This document shows positions 10,037 to 18,531 of a stretch of 50,027 bases of DNA, in pieces; the stretch's first letter is position 1, and every line of letters begins with the position of its first letter. The stretch comes from an uncultured Candidatus Saccharibacteria bacterium (GTDB lineage: Bacteria > Patescibacteriota > Minisyncoccia > Phycocordibacterales > UBA918). Location of the stretch: positions 274,621-324,647 of the forward strand of contig CAYGJY010000001.1 in assembly GCA_964350645.1 (NCBI GenBank), read 5' to 3'. The notes beneath the pieces are model-generated. The model searched no databases. It saw nothing but the letters and a program-made list of their open reading frames with translations, and was not told the DNA's origin. Both the position numbers and the translations under genes were made by a program.

Positions 10037-10426
10037 TTGAAATTAAGTGGCGAGAGTATACAAGAAATGTACGAAAAAATCAAGCTAGTTTTGCAAGATG
10101 ACGCTTTATTTTATAGCTTTTTGTTGATTCTGGTAGGAATTACTGCCTTTGGACTGGGTAAGTTATCTGTTGTCGAGTCTTTAGCAGTGACAGGAGAGCC
10201 AGCCGCTGTAAACCTCACTACTCAAACTCGAATGAGCCAACCCGATGTTACTGGGGGAACAGGCGTAACTGAACGGTTGGTTGCCTCTAAAAACGGCACA
10301 AAATATCATTTACCAAGCTGTCCCGGAGCGAAACAGATTGCTGAGCAAAATAAGATCTTTTTTACCTCAGCAAATGAAGCTCGAGCGGCTGGCTATCAGC
10401 CAGCCGCTAATTGCCCTGGGCTATAA
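10037..10426 (+). CDS. Membrane-anchored protein with C-terminal Ada-like metal-binding domain (start may be ATG 10067)
   Basis: TM helix, then ASKNGTKYHLPSCP..I...N.IFF.S..EA.AAGY.P...C. Confidence 0.75.
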   Translation: MKLSGESIQEMYEKIKLVLQDDALFYSFLLILVGITAFGLGKLSVVESLAVTGEPAAVNLTTQTRMSQPDVTGGTGVTERLVASKNGTKYHLPSCPGAKQIAEQNKIFFTSANEARAAGYQPAANCPGL

Positions 10427-10436
10427 TATCTCTGTC

Positions 10437-11036
10437 ATGTCACAAGAAGGTCCCGAAATGCTACAAACACGCACGGCTCAGATTGTTGAGTGTATGAAAA
10501 CAACTTATGCCGGACTAGCTGGCTTGCAGTATCTTGGTATAAACAAAGATGAAGATGCTGTTACTTATGAAATGTTTCGAGGTCGCTACCAACACGAAAG
10601 TTCTGAGTATGTGTGTGAGATCTTAGTGATTGGTCCCTATGAATCAAGCAATATCCCAAGTGCGTCACAAGAGCGAATTAGATTTAAATTTATTGATGGT
10701 TCTGCAAACATTACTCTTACGTTCACACTTTTTGAGATCGATGAAGTGCAATGTCTTAAGTCAGCTATAAAAAAAACGGATGCGTCTCATGTACTACCGC
10801 TCCGACTTGGAGCTGAGTTATATACAAAGATTGTTCCTCAATTTTGCTCCGCAGTTGCAAGTCAGAGAGATGCTTCAGTACTTCATCTGGTAGGTCGAGG
10901 GTCTGTCCAGGGTGATAGTCTAGAGTCTAAACGGTGGGATGCCCTATTTGTACCAATACTAGAGAATTTAGGTTATACAAAATCTGTGGAAGATGGAGAA
11001 GTGCATTGGCAAAAGATTTATCAACCGACTGAATAG
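10437..11036 (+). CDS. Hypothetical protein (199 aa)
   Basis: In-frame ATG 10437 preceded by TATAAT and 9 nt; no recognisable motif. Confidence 0.65.
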   Translation: MSQEGPEMLQTRTAQIVECMKTTYAGLAGLQYLGINKDEDAVTYEMFRGRYQHESSEYVCEILVIGPYESSNIPSASQERIRFKFIDGSANITLTFTLFEIDEVQCLKSAIKKTDASHVLPLRLGAELYTKIVPQFCSAVASQRDASVLHLVGRGSVQGDSLESKRWDALFVPILENLGYTKSVEDGEVHWQKIYQPTE

Positions 11037-11074
11037 TAATAAATACTATTCTTACAAAAACCATGATTATTCAG

Positions 11075-11737
11075 CTACCAGACAATGATTGGCAGGTTAT
11101 TTTTTTTTAAATAGTTGTTTGTTTTTGAAAAATGCTTGCAACCAAAGAAGCCACGATGGACAGAGAGTGGGGAAGGGTGAGGAGCTTCGAGGATTAGATG
11201 TTTTGCAGTATTAATCAAAGTAGTCTTGCTTCGAGCATAGCTACCCCAGAGAAGAAACACTATGTGCTCTTTTTCGTCAGAAATTTCCTGTATAACAGTG
11301 TCGGTAAAAGTCTCCCACCCAAGACCTTGGTGCGCGCCGGCTTCGCCGGCGCGCACGGTCAGAGTTGAGTTTAATAGCAATACTCCTTGTTTCGCCCAGC
11401 GCTCTAGGTTACCACTCTCAGGTATTTCACTCTCAGTATCAGTTTTAATTTCTTTGTATATATTCTGAAGTGATGGCGGGATAGTTACACCATCAGGCAC
11501 TGAAAAGGCCAGGCCGGTTGCTTGTCCGGGGCTATGGTAGGGATCTTGTCCCAGAATGACCACGCGTACCTTATCAAAAGGGCAGTGAGCGAAAGCATTA
11601 AAAATTATTTGTTCAGGTGGATAAACTGTTTCAGCAAGATATTCGGCTGTGACTGAAGCTGCCAGTGCTTTGAAATAGTCTTTTTCAAATTCACCTTCAA
11701 GTTTTTTGTGCCAATCTTGGGGAATTAATTCCTGCAT
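11075..11737 (-). CDS. ung: Uracil-DNA glycosylase, family 1
   Basis: ILGQDPYH, PPSLQNIYKE, QGVLLLN, HPSPLS. Confidence 0.97.
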   Translation of the reverse strand: MQELIPQDWHKKLEGEFEKDYFKALAASVTAEYLAETVYPPEQIIFNAFAHCPFDKVRVVILGQDPYHSPGQATGLAFSVPDGVTIPPSLQNIYKEIKTDTESEIPESGNLERWAKQGVLLLNSTLTVRAGEAGAHQGLGWETFTDTVIQEISDEKEHIVFLLWGSYARSKTTLINTAKHLILEAPHPSPLSVHRGFFGCKHFSKTNNYLKKNNLPIIVW

Positions 11738-11739
11738 GA

Positions 11740-13350
11740 CTATAGTGTGATTGGTAAGAATTGTATGTCACCACGCTCTTTGTATGAACAGTCTGATTCC
11801 TCGTAGGTGTTGAGCGTGAAATATACCCCAGATTCGTCCTGTTCCCAGTACAGTAAATTATATTCGTTTAGTGGCCCAGCTGAGGTAAGTACGCGCATCT
11901 TTTGCGTGTCTAGATCCAACAATTTAATCTGGTTTTGAATTGAAGGAGCATCTCCCATGCCTCCACAATTTCCGCTCCCAATAACCTCAGCATCGGTAAT
12001 AATCATATGTGTTTTTTGAGGAGAGAGGAGCCACTGATTGGTATTTATATTCCAACCACCACCAACTTCAGTATGAAAATTCTGTAAAATGCTCGGCTCA
12101 GTACTCCAGGTGCCGTCAATGTTCCTCGTGCGATACCTTAGTTCACGAAATGAATACCCCTCGTAGGGCATTACGGTAGCGTAGAGCAGTTGATTATTTG
12201 GAGACATAGCGATTTCCGCCAAACCGCCTTTCCCAAGTGTGCCAAAGTCAGAAATATTTGTTGCTAAACTATCTGTATTAATTTCAATGAAGTCGATGTA
12301 TTCCTCAGTATATCTAACAGGATTATCAGGGTCTTCGAAGCGGACACCACTAAAATACAGCTTACTCCCATCAGGCGATAAGTGTATTCGGGTGGAACGA
12401 TGGTAACGATTACTTACATCAGAAAAGATAGTGCTGGTTGCACCAGACAACAGGTTCAATTTGTTGATAGTAGGGCTGCCAAAGCTGGCAGTATAATAGA
12501 GTTCTTCTGCACCATGGTTGTAAGTAATTTTGTTTGCGTCTGTCAAGAGAAGAATTTGTATTGGTCCTTGTGGTTCAGCGCTAAAGATATGTTCATTACC
12601 AAGTATGATAAGTTTTCCTTCAACTGCATGGAAACTATTTGAAGGGTTTAGTTGCTGAGAAGTAAGAACTTCGACTACAGCACCATTTGCGTCCGTGATG
12701 GTGGTATAAAAAAGCCCAGTATTCCACTCTCTCAAGCCTGTCATGTCAGAAAACTTAAGTGGGGCAACTAGTTCGTCGGCGTCATCTCTCCAGATGACAT
12801 TAATACCGGTGTTCTGGTCGTAGCTTTTAGTAAGTGCTGACTGGAATTCATTGATGGGTATAGTAAATATTTGGTATTCGCGACCGCGAGAATAACTGCC
12901 ACCACCGAGCGTTTGGTCAATTTTATAGATGGCAGCATCATCATAGCCAACCGCACCAGAGAGGTATGTAAAGGTATTAGGGTCTGCATCAGTTAATTGG
13001 AGGGCTATATTCGGATCGCCCTGACGATAATAATGCACAGTGTCACCAATGCGGTAGAAGACTTCATTTTTTTCGTGACCATAGACATGGGCGTCTTCTG
13101 CTCCCGCAGGTAGGCGTGGGGGTGTTTCGGCAGAGTCTACGTCAATCGAAGTGAAATCTAATTGTGGAAGGGTTTTAGATGTGGTCTCTTTTGCCACTAG
13201 CTCAGTATTTGTCTCCACAGGTTGAAAGGCAAAAAATAACGTCACGATTGAAGGTAGTAGCAGAGCTAGACTGACGACTATTTTTTGTTGGGCAGATACT
13301 GTCCTGACTGTAGGTGTTGGTTCCAGTGCTTCTTTTTCTTCAAGTTCCAT
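11740..13350 (-). CDS. Membrane-anchored extracytoplasmic protein, probable beta-propeller
   Basis: One N-terminal TM; repeated SPDGSKLYF / SPNNQLLY / SPQKTHMII and IKLLDLDT blade-like motifs. Confidence 0.7.
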   Translation of the reverse strand: MELEEKEALEPTPTVRTVSAQQKIVVSLALLLPSIVTLFFAFQPVETNTELVAKETTSKTLPQLDFTSIDVDSAETPPRLPAGAEDAHVYGHEKNEVFYRIGDTVHYYRQGDPNIALQLTDADPNTFTYLSGAVGYDDAAIYKIDQTLGGGSYSRGREYQIFTIPINEFQSALTKSYDQNTGINVIWRDDADELVAPLKFSDMTGLREWNTGLFYTTITDANGAVVEVLTSQQLNPSNSFHAVEGKLIILGNEHIFSAEPQGPIQILLLTDANKITYNHGAEELYYTASFGSPTINKLNLLSGATSTIFSDVSNRYHRSTRIHLSPDGSKLYFSGVRFEDPDNPVRYTEEYIDFIEINTDSLATNISDFGTLGKGGLAEIAMSPNNQLLYATVMPYEGYSFRELRYRTRNIDGTWSTEPSILQNFHTEVGGGWNINTNQWLLSPQKTHMIITDAEVIGSGNCGGMGDAPSIQNQIKLLDLDTQKMRVLTSAGPLNEYNLLYWEQDESGVYFTLNTYEESDCSYKERGDIQFLPITL

Positions 13351-13466
13351 AGTGTGAATATACCACAGGCATTACCAACAATACCACAGCGCGTGGTATA
13401 GTTTTTCATGACAGCAGAACATGTCTCGAAAGAACAACAACTAGAATGTATAAGATAGACTAAAGT

Positions 13467-14060
13467 ATGCTTATTCTCGACATCGAAGCCTCAGGCACTG
13501 AATATCACACGCACTCGATTGTCTCGATTGGGGCAGTAGATTTTACTAATCCTGAGAATCGATTTTATGGTGAGTGTAAAATTTGGGAAGGAGCTCACAT
13601 TATGGATGGTGCGTTAGAAGTGAATGGTTTTACAGAAGCAGAGATTACTGACCAAAGCAAACAGACTGAAGCTGAGCTGGTTACCCAGTTCCTTGAATGG
13701 ACGCAACACTTAGGCGACCGAACGATTGCCGGTCAGAATCCGAGTTTTGATAGGGATTTTGTACGCGCGGCCGCTGGCCGCGCACATCTACCGTGGGATT
13801 TAGCGTATCGGACGATCGACACCCATAGTCTTTGTTGGATGCATATCATTAAGCAAGGAAATAAGCCACCAGTTGACGCACAGCACCGTCGTAGTTCACT
13901 GACGCTTGATTCAATTCTGCAGTACTGTGGCATTCCTGAAGAACCACAACCGCACAATGCACTGACTGGGGCACTCTGTCACGGCGAAGTGGCTTCTCGA
14001 TTACTGTACGACAAAAAATTACTCCCAGAATTTGATCACTTTGCGATTCCCTGGCTGTAG
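13467..14060 (+). CDS. DEDDh-like 3'-5' exonuclease
   Basis: LDIEASG (ExoI), GQNPSFD (ExoII), IDT, HNAL (ExoIII). Confidence 0.85.
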   Translation: MLILDIEASGTEYHTHSIVSIGAVDFTNPENRFYGECKIWEGAHIMDGALEVNGFTEAEITDQSKQTEAELVTQFLEWTQHLGDRTIAGQNPSFDRDFVRAAAGRAHLPWDLAYRTIDTHSLCWMHIIKQGNKPPVDAQHRRSSLTLDSILQYCGIPEEPQPHNALTGALCHGEVASRLLYDKKLLPEFDHFAIPWL

Positions 14061-14079
14061 TGCGTGCTAAACTGTAAGC

Positions 14080-14829
14080 ATGTTAAGAAAAAGTTCAGCG
14101 AAAAAGAGCGCCAAAAAATCAAAAGTAACCCTGCATGAAACCAACCAGCATTGCCGAGTAGTAACAGACTTGCTGAGTCCGGACGGTGATGCCGTAGAGA
14201 GCTGGCGTGTATTTCGTATCATGGCAGAGTTTGTCGATGGCTTTGATATGCTGCGAAAGTATGGCCTTGCAGCTACCTTCTGGGGTAGTGCGCGAATGAA
14301 ACCAGGAGATAAATACTATAAAGAAGCTGAAGATTTGGCTGCAAAGTTAGCCAAAAAAGGTTTTGCGGTGATCACCGGTGGCGGACCAGGAATTATGGAA
14401 GCCGGGAATGTTGGCGCCTTCAAAGTTGGTGGTAAATCAGTCGGCCTCAATATCAAATTGCCTTTTGAGCAGAAACTAAACCCGTATGTTACTGAAAGTG
14501 AAACTTTTGATTTTTTCTTCTCTCGTAAAGTAATGCTTACTTTCGCTTCGGAAGTGTACGTGTACTTCCCAGGAGGTTTCGGTACCCTCGATGAATTTTT
14601 TGAAATCGTAACGCTGATTCAAACTAAAAAAATCGAAGCCGTTCCGATCGTTCTCTACGGAAAAGATTTCTGGGATCCACTTCTTAAATTCTTTAAAGAA
14701 GACTTGCTGAAAAAGCACAAGACAATCAGTAAGGAAGATCTTGATTTGTTTGTCGTGGCTGATTCTGTGGAAGAGGCGTACAAATATATTCTTAAAAATG
14801 TCGATTGCAGCAATATTCGTCAGTACTAG
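14080..14829 (+). CDS. LOG family nucleotide phosphoribohydrolase (TIGR00730-like)
   Basis: GSAR, TGGGPGIMEA, RK, PGGFGTLDE. Confidence 0.93.
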   Translation: MLRKSSAKKSAKKSKVTLHETNQHCRVVTDLLSPDGDAVESWRVFRIMAEFVDGFDMLRKYGLAATFWGSARMKPGDKYYKEAEDLAAKLAKKGFAVITGGGPGIMEAGNVGAFKVGGKSVGLNIKLPFEQKLNPYVTESETFDFFFSRKVMLTFASEVYVYFPGGFGTLDEFFEIVTLIQTKKIEAVPIVLYGKDFWDPLLKFFKEDLLKKHKTISKEDLDLFVVADSVEEAYKYILKNVDCSNIRQY

Positions 14830-14832
14830 CCT

Positions 14833-15771
14833 ATGGATATGCAAAATAAAACCATCCTTGATACGTTTACGATAGAGTCTATCCCAGATTTAGATGTTGT
14901 TACACTAGGGGCTCTAGAGTTACTGTCTAATGCACAGATTCCACTAGTTGATTTTTCGCAATTTAAACGTCCATTAGTTGTTGGCAGTGGAAATGCGGCT
15001 GTGACCGGTAAGTTACTATTTGCTGATGTAGACGCTGTTTTTGCCGACGAGTCATCCTATGTTGAAAAATTGAATTCCATCGAGACAATTGATGGAGCAG
15101 TCTTGATATCTGCCTCTGGGAGCAAACATGCAGTTGAAATTGCCAATGAATTAAAACGTAGAGATTTAAAAACTCTACTCCTAACAAACAATCCTAAAGC
15201 CCCTGCAATAGAGATTGTGGGGGACTCTGCTGCATATGTTTTTCCGCGTAATCGAGAACCTTATACGTACAATACATCTACATATATGGGTATGATATTG
15301 TCAAAAACTTGTGAGCAGCCAGCGGATATACATGCGTTTTTAATTAATAAAGTTGCTCCAGCTATACCAGAAAACATTGCAACATACGATGCCTATTATC
15401 TAATGTTGCCTGAAAAGTTTAATGCAGTTCGTGAGATGTTCGCTACCAAATTTGATGAGCTATTTGGGCCGGTTCTTATGGGTAGGATTTTTACAGAAGA
15501 ACAGACTAAACATGCAAAAACAGTCATTACAATGGATCGAGAGTTATTTATTAGTTTTGGAATCGATAACAATGATTATGGATTAGCAAAAAATCGTTTG
15601 GTTATACCACTCCCGTCTGATGCTTCATATGCTGCCATGATGAGTATAGGCTATTTTGTGATTGGCCATATTCAGCGTGGGAAACCAGCCTACTTCAAGG
15701 ATCGCGTTGTAGATTATACAGCTGAAATATCCAAAGTTTTTAATCAGGAAATTAAGCCTATAGTGGAATAA
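14833..15771 (+). CDS. SIS-domain (sugar isomerase-like) protein
   Basis: VVGSGNA, LISASG and LLLTNN motifs fit a SIS fold; adjacent to a ROK kinase. Confidence 0.6.
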   Translation: MDMQNKTILDTFTIESIPDLDVVTLGALELLSNAQIPLVDFSQFKRPLVVGSGNAAVTGKLLFADVDAVFADESSYVEKLNSIETIDGAVLISASGSKHAVEIANELKRRDLKTLLLTNNPKAPAIEIVGDSAAYVFPRNREPYTYNTSTYMGMILSKTCEQPADIHAFLINKVAPAIPENIATYDAYYLMLPEKFNAVREMFATKFDELFGPVLMGRIFTEEQTKHAKTVITMDRELFISFGIDNNDYGLAKNRLVIPLPSDASYAAMMSIGYFVIGHIQRGKPAYFKDRVVDYTAEISKVFNQEIKPIVE

Positions 15772-15774
15772 GTT

Positions 15775-16620
15775 ATGAGCTACGTACTTTTTGACATTGG
15801 TGGAACAAAGACACGAGTTGCAGTTTCTGAGGACTTGAAAACATTCAGTGACCCCATTAAGTTTGATACACCAAAAGACCCGAAGGAACTCGTGGCGATT
15901 ATGGCTGAAAAAGTGGCTGCTATGACGGATCGAGAAATTGAAGCAATGGCTGGTGGGCTGCGCGGAATTCTTGATCATGACAAAACCATGATGATACATG
16001 ACCCAGGAGGGGCTCTACCATCCTATGAGGAGTGTCCGCTGGGTAATCTGTTGAAAAAAAAGTTTAAAACTGACATTTTCTTGGAAAATGATGCAGCAAT
16101 GGTTGGTCTCGGTGAGGCAATTTTCGGAGCGGGGGAAGGCTATGATATTGTTGCCTATCACACCGTAAGTACGGGTGTTGGGGGTGTTCGAATTGATCAT
16201 GGTGAAATTGATGCTTTTGCAACTGGATTTGAACCGGGACATCAAATTTTGGACATTGATCACACGGTGCTCGGCACAGACAAAGAAGCTACTCTTGAAA
16301 ATCTTGTCTCGGGCTCAGCCCTTGAGGAACGATCAGGGATTAAGCCCTATGAGATTCCACAGTCAGACGCAGTGTGGAATCAGTTAGCTGAGTACTTAGG
16401 TTATGGTCTACGTAATACCGCGCTGTATTGGTCACCTGATGTGATTGTACTGGGTGGGTCAATGATTGTGGGGGATCCACGTATTCTATTGGCTGATATC
16501 ATTCGACATACACATGAGATCGTGGGTGATAGTACAAAAGTGCCTGAGATTGTTGATGCTACCCTGGGTGACTATGGCGGTCTGTACGGTGCGATGGCAC
16601 TCTTAAATGCTCGTGGGTAG
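15775..16620 (+). CDS. ROK family sugar kinase (glucokinase-like)
   Basis: DIGGTK, ENDA, STGVGG, EPGH, LGGS. Confidence 0.92.
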   Translation: MSYVLFDIGGTKTRVAVSEDLKTFSDPIKFDTPKDPKELVAIMAEKVAAMTDREIEAMAGGLRGILDHDKTMMIHDPGGALPSYEECPLGNLLKKKFKTDIFLENDAAMVGLGEAIFGAGEGYDIVAYHTVSTGVGGVRIDHGEIDAFATGFEPGHQILDIDHTVLGTDKEATLENLVSGSALEERSGIKPYEIPQSDAVWNQLAEYLGYGLRNTALYWSPDVIVLGGSMIVGDPRILLADIIRHTHEIVGDSTKVPEIVDATLGDYGGLYGAMALLNARG

Positions 16621-16725
16621 ATAGTATCTCTTCAGCGAGATAGTACAATAATTTGCAAGTTGATCTTCTGAGCATAAGTGGAGTGAAAACAATCAAGAAA
16701 TAGGTATTGCTGTAAGACAATATTG

Positions 16726-16758
16726 ACTTAAAATGGCTATTTTGAGCCATTTTTAAGT
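16726..16758. terminator. Inverted repeat downstream of the ROK gene (terminator or operator)
   Basis: ACTTAAAATGGCT-attttg-AGCCATTTTTAAGT. Confidence 0.5.
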
Positions 16759-16789
16759 TTGCAAAAAACAATAAGTATCGTGTAAATTA

Positions 16790-16817
16790 TTGACAAATAT
16801 ATAAAATATGCTATAAT
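16790..16817 (+). promoter_or_regulatory. Consensus sigma70 promoter
   Basis: TTGACA-16 nt-TATAAT with extended TG. Confidence 0.85.
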
Positions 16818-16824
16818 GCTAAAA

Positions 16825-16950
16825 CGTTGATAATCATGCTATGATTGTCCGGTTGCGATCTTCGGATCGCTTTTGTATGACATGTGGTCATGCAACTGGC
16901 ACTCGATCAAACTGTGTCTGACGTATGTCAAAAGTACACATGATCGATTG
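16825..16950 (+). ncRNA. Candidate structured 5' leader RNA
   Basis: Several nested helices including a C-UUCG-G tetraloop, right after the promoter; family not recognised. Confidence 0.55.
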
Positions 16951-16978
16951 TTAGATTGTTACATAAGACACTTGGCTT

Positions 16979-17431
16979 ATTATATCCACCGTTATTACAG
17001 CAATTATTGCTGTTACAGGAGCAGGATCAGACATCTCGATGAACGAAACTGCTTACGGCTACATTACTACAGAAGTGGATTCATATACGGAACGACGATT
17101 GGCTGCAGGTGACCATGAACAAACTGAAGAGCTTGTTCGCACCTACTTCCGCGACATCCCAGTAATGATTCAAGTAGCTCGTTGTGAATCAACCTTTCGT
17201 CACACATTGGCCGATGGCTCAGTGTTGCAAGGAAGAGTTGACAATGACGATACTGGTGTAATGCAAATTAATAAGCGTTACCACCAGGCTACTGCTGAAA
17301 AACTCGGTCTCAATTTGAATGACATCTATGACAACATGGAGTATGCTCGCTATCTCTACGAGAAGCAGGGTACACAACCATGGAGTGCATCGTCACCATG
17401 TTGGGGTCAAACCCTTGCGTATAACAACTAA
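16979..17431 (+). CDS. Lytic transglycosylase / Rpf-like lysozyme-fold protein (likely non-canonical start; first ATG at 17039)
   Basis: VARCES catalytic Glu, GVMQIN, YARYLY..GTQPW..S..CW; in-frame hydrophobic segment before the ATG. Confidence 0.75.
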   Translation: MISTVITAIIAVTGAGSDISMNETAYGYITTEVDSYTERRLAAGDHEQTEELVRTYFRDIPVMIQVARCESTFRHTLADGSVLQGRVDNDDTGVMQINKRYHQATAEKLGLNLNDIYDNMEYARYLYEKQGTQPWSASSPCWGQTLAYNN

Positions 17432-17455
17432 GTTGTGAACGCATATATCTCCACA

Positions 17456-17487
17456 TAAAAAGACCGCGCTATAGCGCGGTCTTTTTA
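17456..17487. terminator. Bidirectional terminator
   Basis: Perfect 32-bp palindrome TAAAAAGACCGCGCTATAGCGCGGTCTTTTTA between convergent genes. Confidence 0.85.
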
Positions 17488-17916
17488 GTATTTCCTATGT
17501 TGTTGTTGGGCTTGGGGTTTCCCGCTTTGTAATGAGCCAATGCCTCGACTATGAGCGTAGAGTAATAATAAACCACCAAGAATCGCAATATTTCTTACAA
17601 AGATAACTTCCCTGACACCAGCTACAGTCCATGAAAGAGGGTTGTAAAAGAGAAGGGTAGAGATAGCTATGTAGATTGCTAAAAGTAATGAGGCCAGCTT
17701 TGTGTGGAATTTGATAACGATAAGTACTCCCAGGATCATCTTGCTAAGCGCAGTAAGAAGGACTGCTAACGGGGCCATAGGGATACCGAGGTTGCTAGCA
17801 ACAGTAATAGAATCGGACAGCGTTAGAAGGTTGTTGGCGCCACTGATTGCAAAGAATCCACCAATAATAATACGTGCAAGAGTAGCAGCCGAAACGTCAG
17901 TTGGGGTCATGTTCAT
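17485..17916 (-). CDS. DoxX family membrane protein
   Basis: LARIIIGGFF, FVRNIAILGGLL; ATG at 17916. Confidence 0.8.
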   Translation of the reverse strand: MNMTPTDVSAATLARIIIGGFFAISGANNLLTLSDSITVASNLGIPMAPLAVLLTALSKMILGVLIVIKFHTKLASLLLAIYIAISTLLFYNPLSWTVAGVREVIFVRNIAILGGLLLLYAHSRGIGSLQSGKPQAQQQHRKY

Positions 17917-18046
17917 ACAGAGCGTGCTTAATTGATAAACTCTACTTTTGTATGTTGTTCTTGTATTTTTAGTATGCCATAAGTTCAGAAAAAATAAATA
18001 CCTTACGACCAGAGGCCGCAAGGTAGTTATTTCAATTTGTCCACGT

Positions 18047-18478
18047 CTACAGGGTTGGGGTAGGCGTCACCGGTTCAGATTTTTGATTGTAGTGAGCAAA
18101 TGCACCAGCATGAGCTGCCATAAAGAGTAGAGCACCAACAATTGCGATGTTCTTCATAAACATGATTTGTTGCATTGGGTTCTCTGCCCAGGTGCCTGGC
18201 CCATGGAATGGAAAGCTAATAAAGAGAGTAAATGCTGCGAGAGCAAGTGCTGCTAGTTTTGGCTGAAATCCTATAAGCAAGGCTCCACCGGCACCAATTT
18301 CTAAAGCTATAGCAAGCACTGCTAACAGCATGCCGGCAGGGAAGCCAACAGATTCAATATATCCAGCTGTGCCGGCTACATCCATAAGCTTACCCACACC
18401 GGCTAAAACAAAAAATGCCCCCATTACAATGCGTCCAGCTGGTGCCATATAAGCAGCAGCAGTGTCGAGTATTTTCAT
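18047..18478 (-). CDS. DoxX family membrane protein
   Basis: GRIVMGAFF..AGVGK, LEIGAG, FMKNIAIVGALL. Confidence 0.9.
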   Translation of the reverse strand: MKILDTAAAYMAPAGRIVMGAFFVLAGVGKLMDVAGTAGYIESVGFPAGMLLAVLAIALEIGAGGALLIGFQPKLAALALAAFTLFISFPFHGPGTWAENPMQQIMFMKNIAIVGALLFMAAHAGAFAHYNQKSEPVTPTPTL

Positions 18479-18531
18479 ACAAACGAATTAAAAGTTACTA
18501 AATGGTAATAGTTATATTATACTCTAGTACT

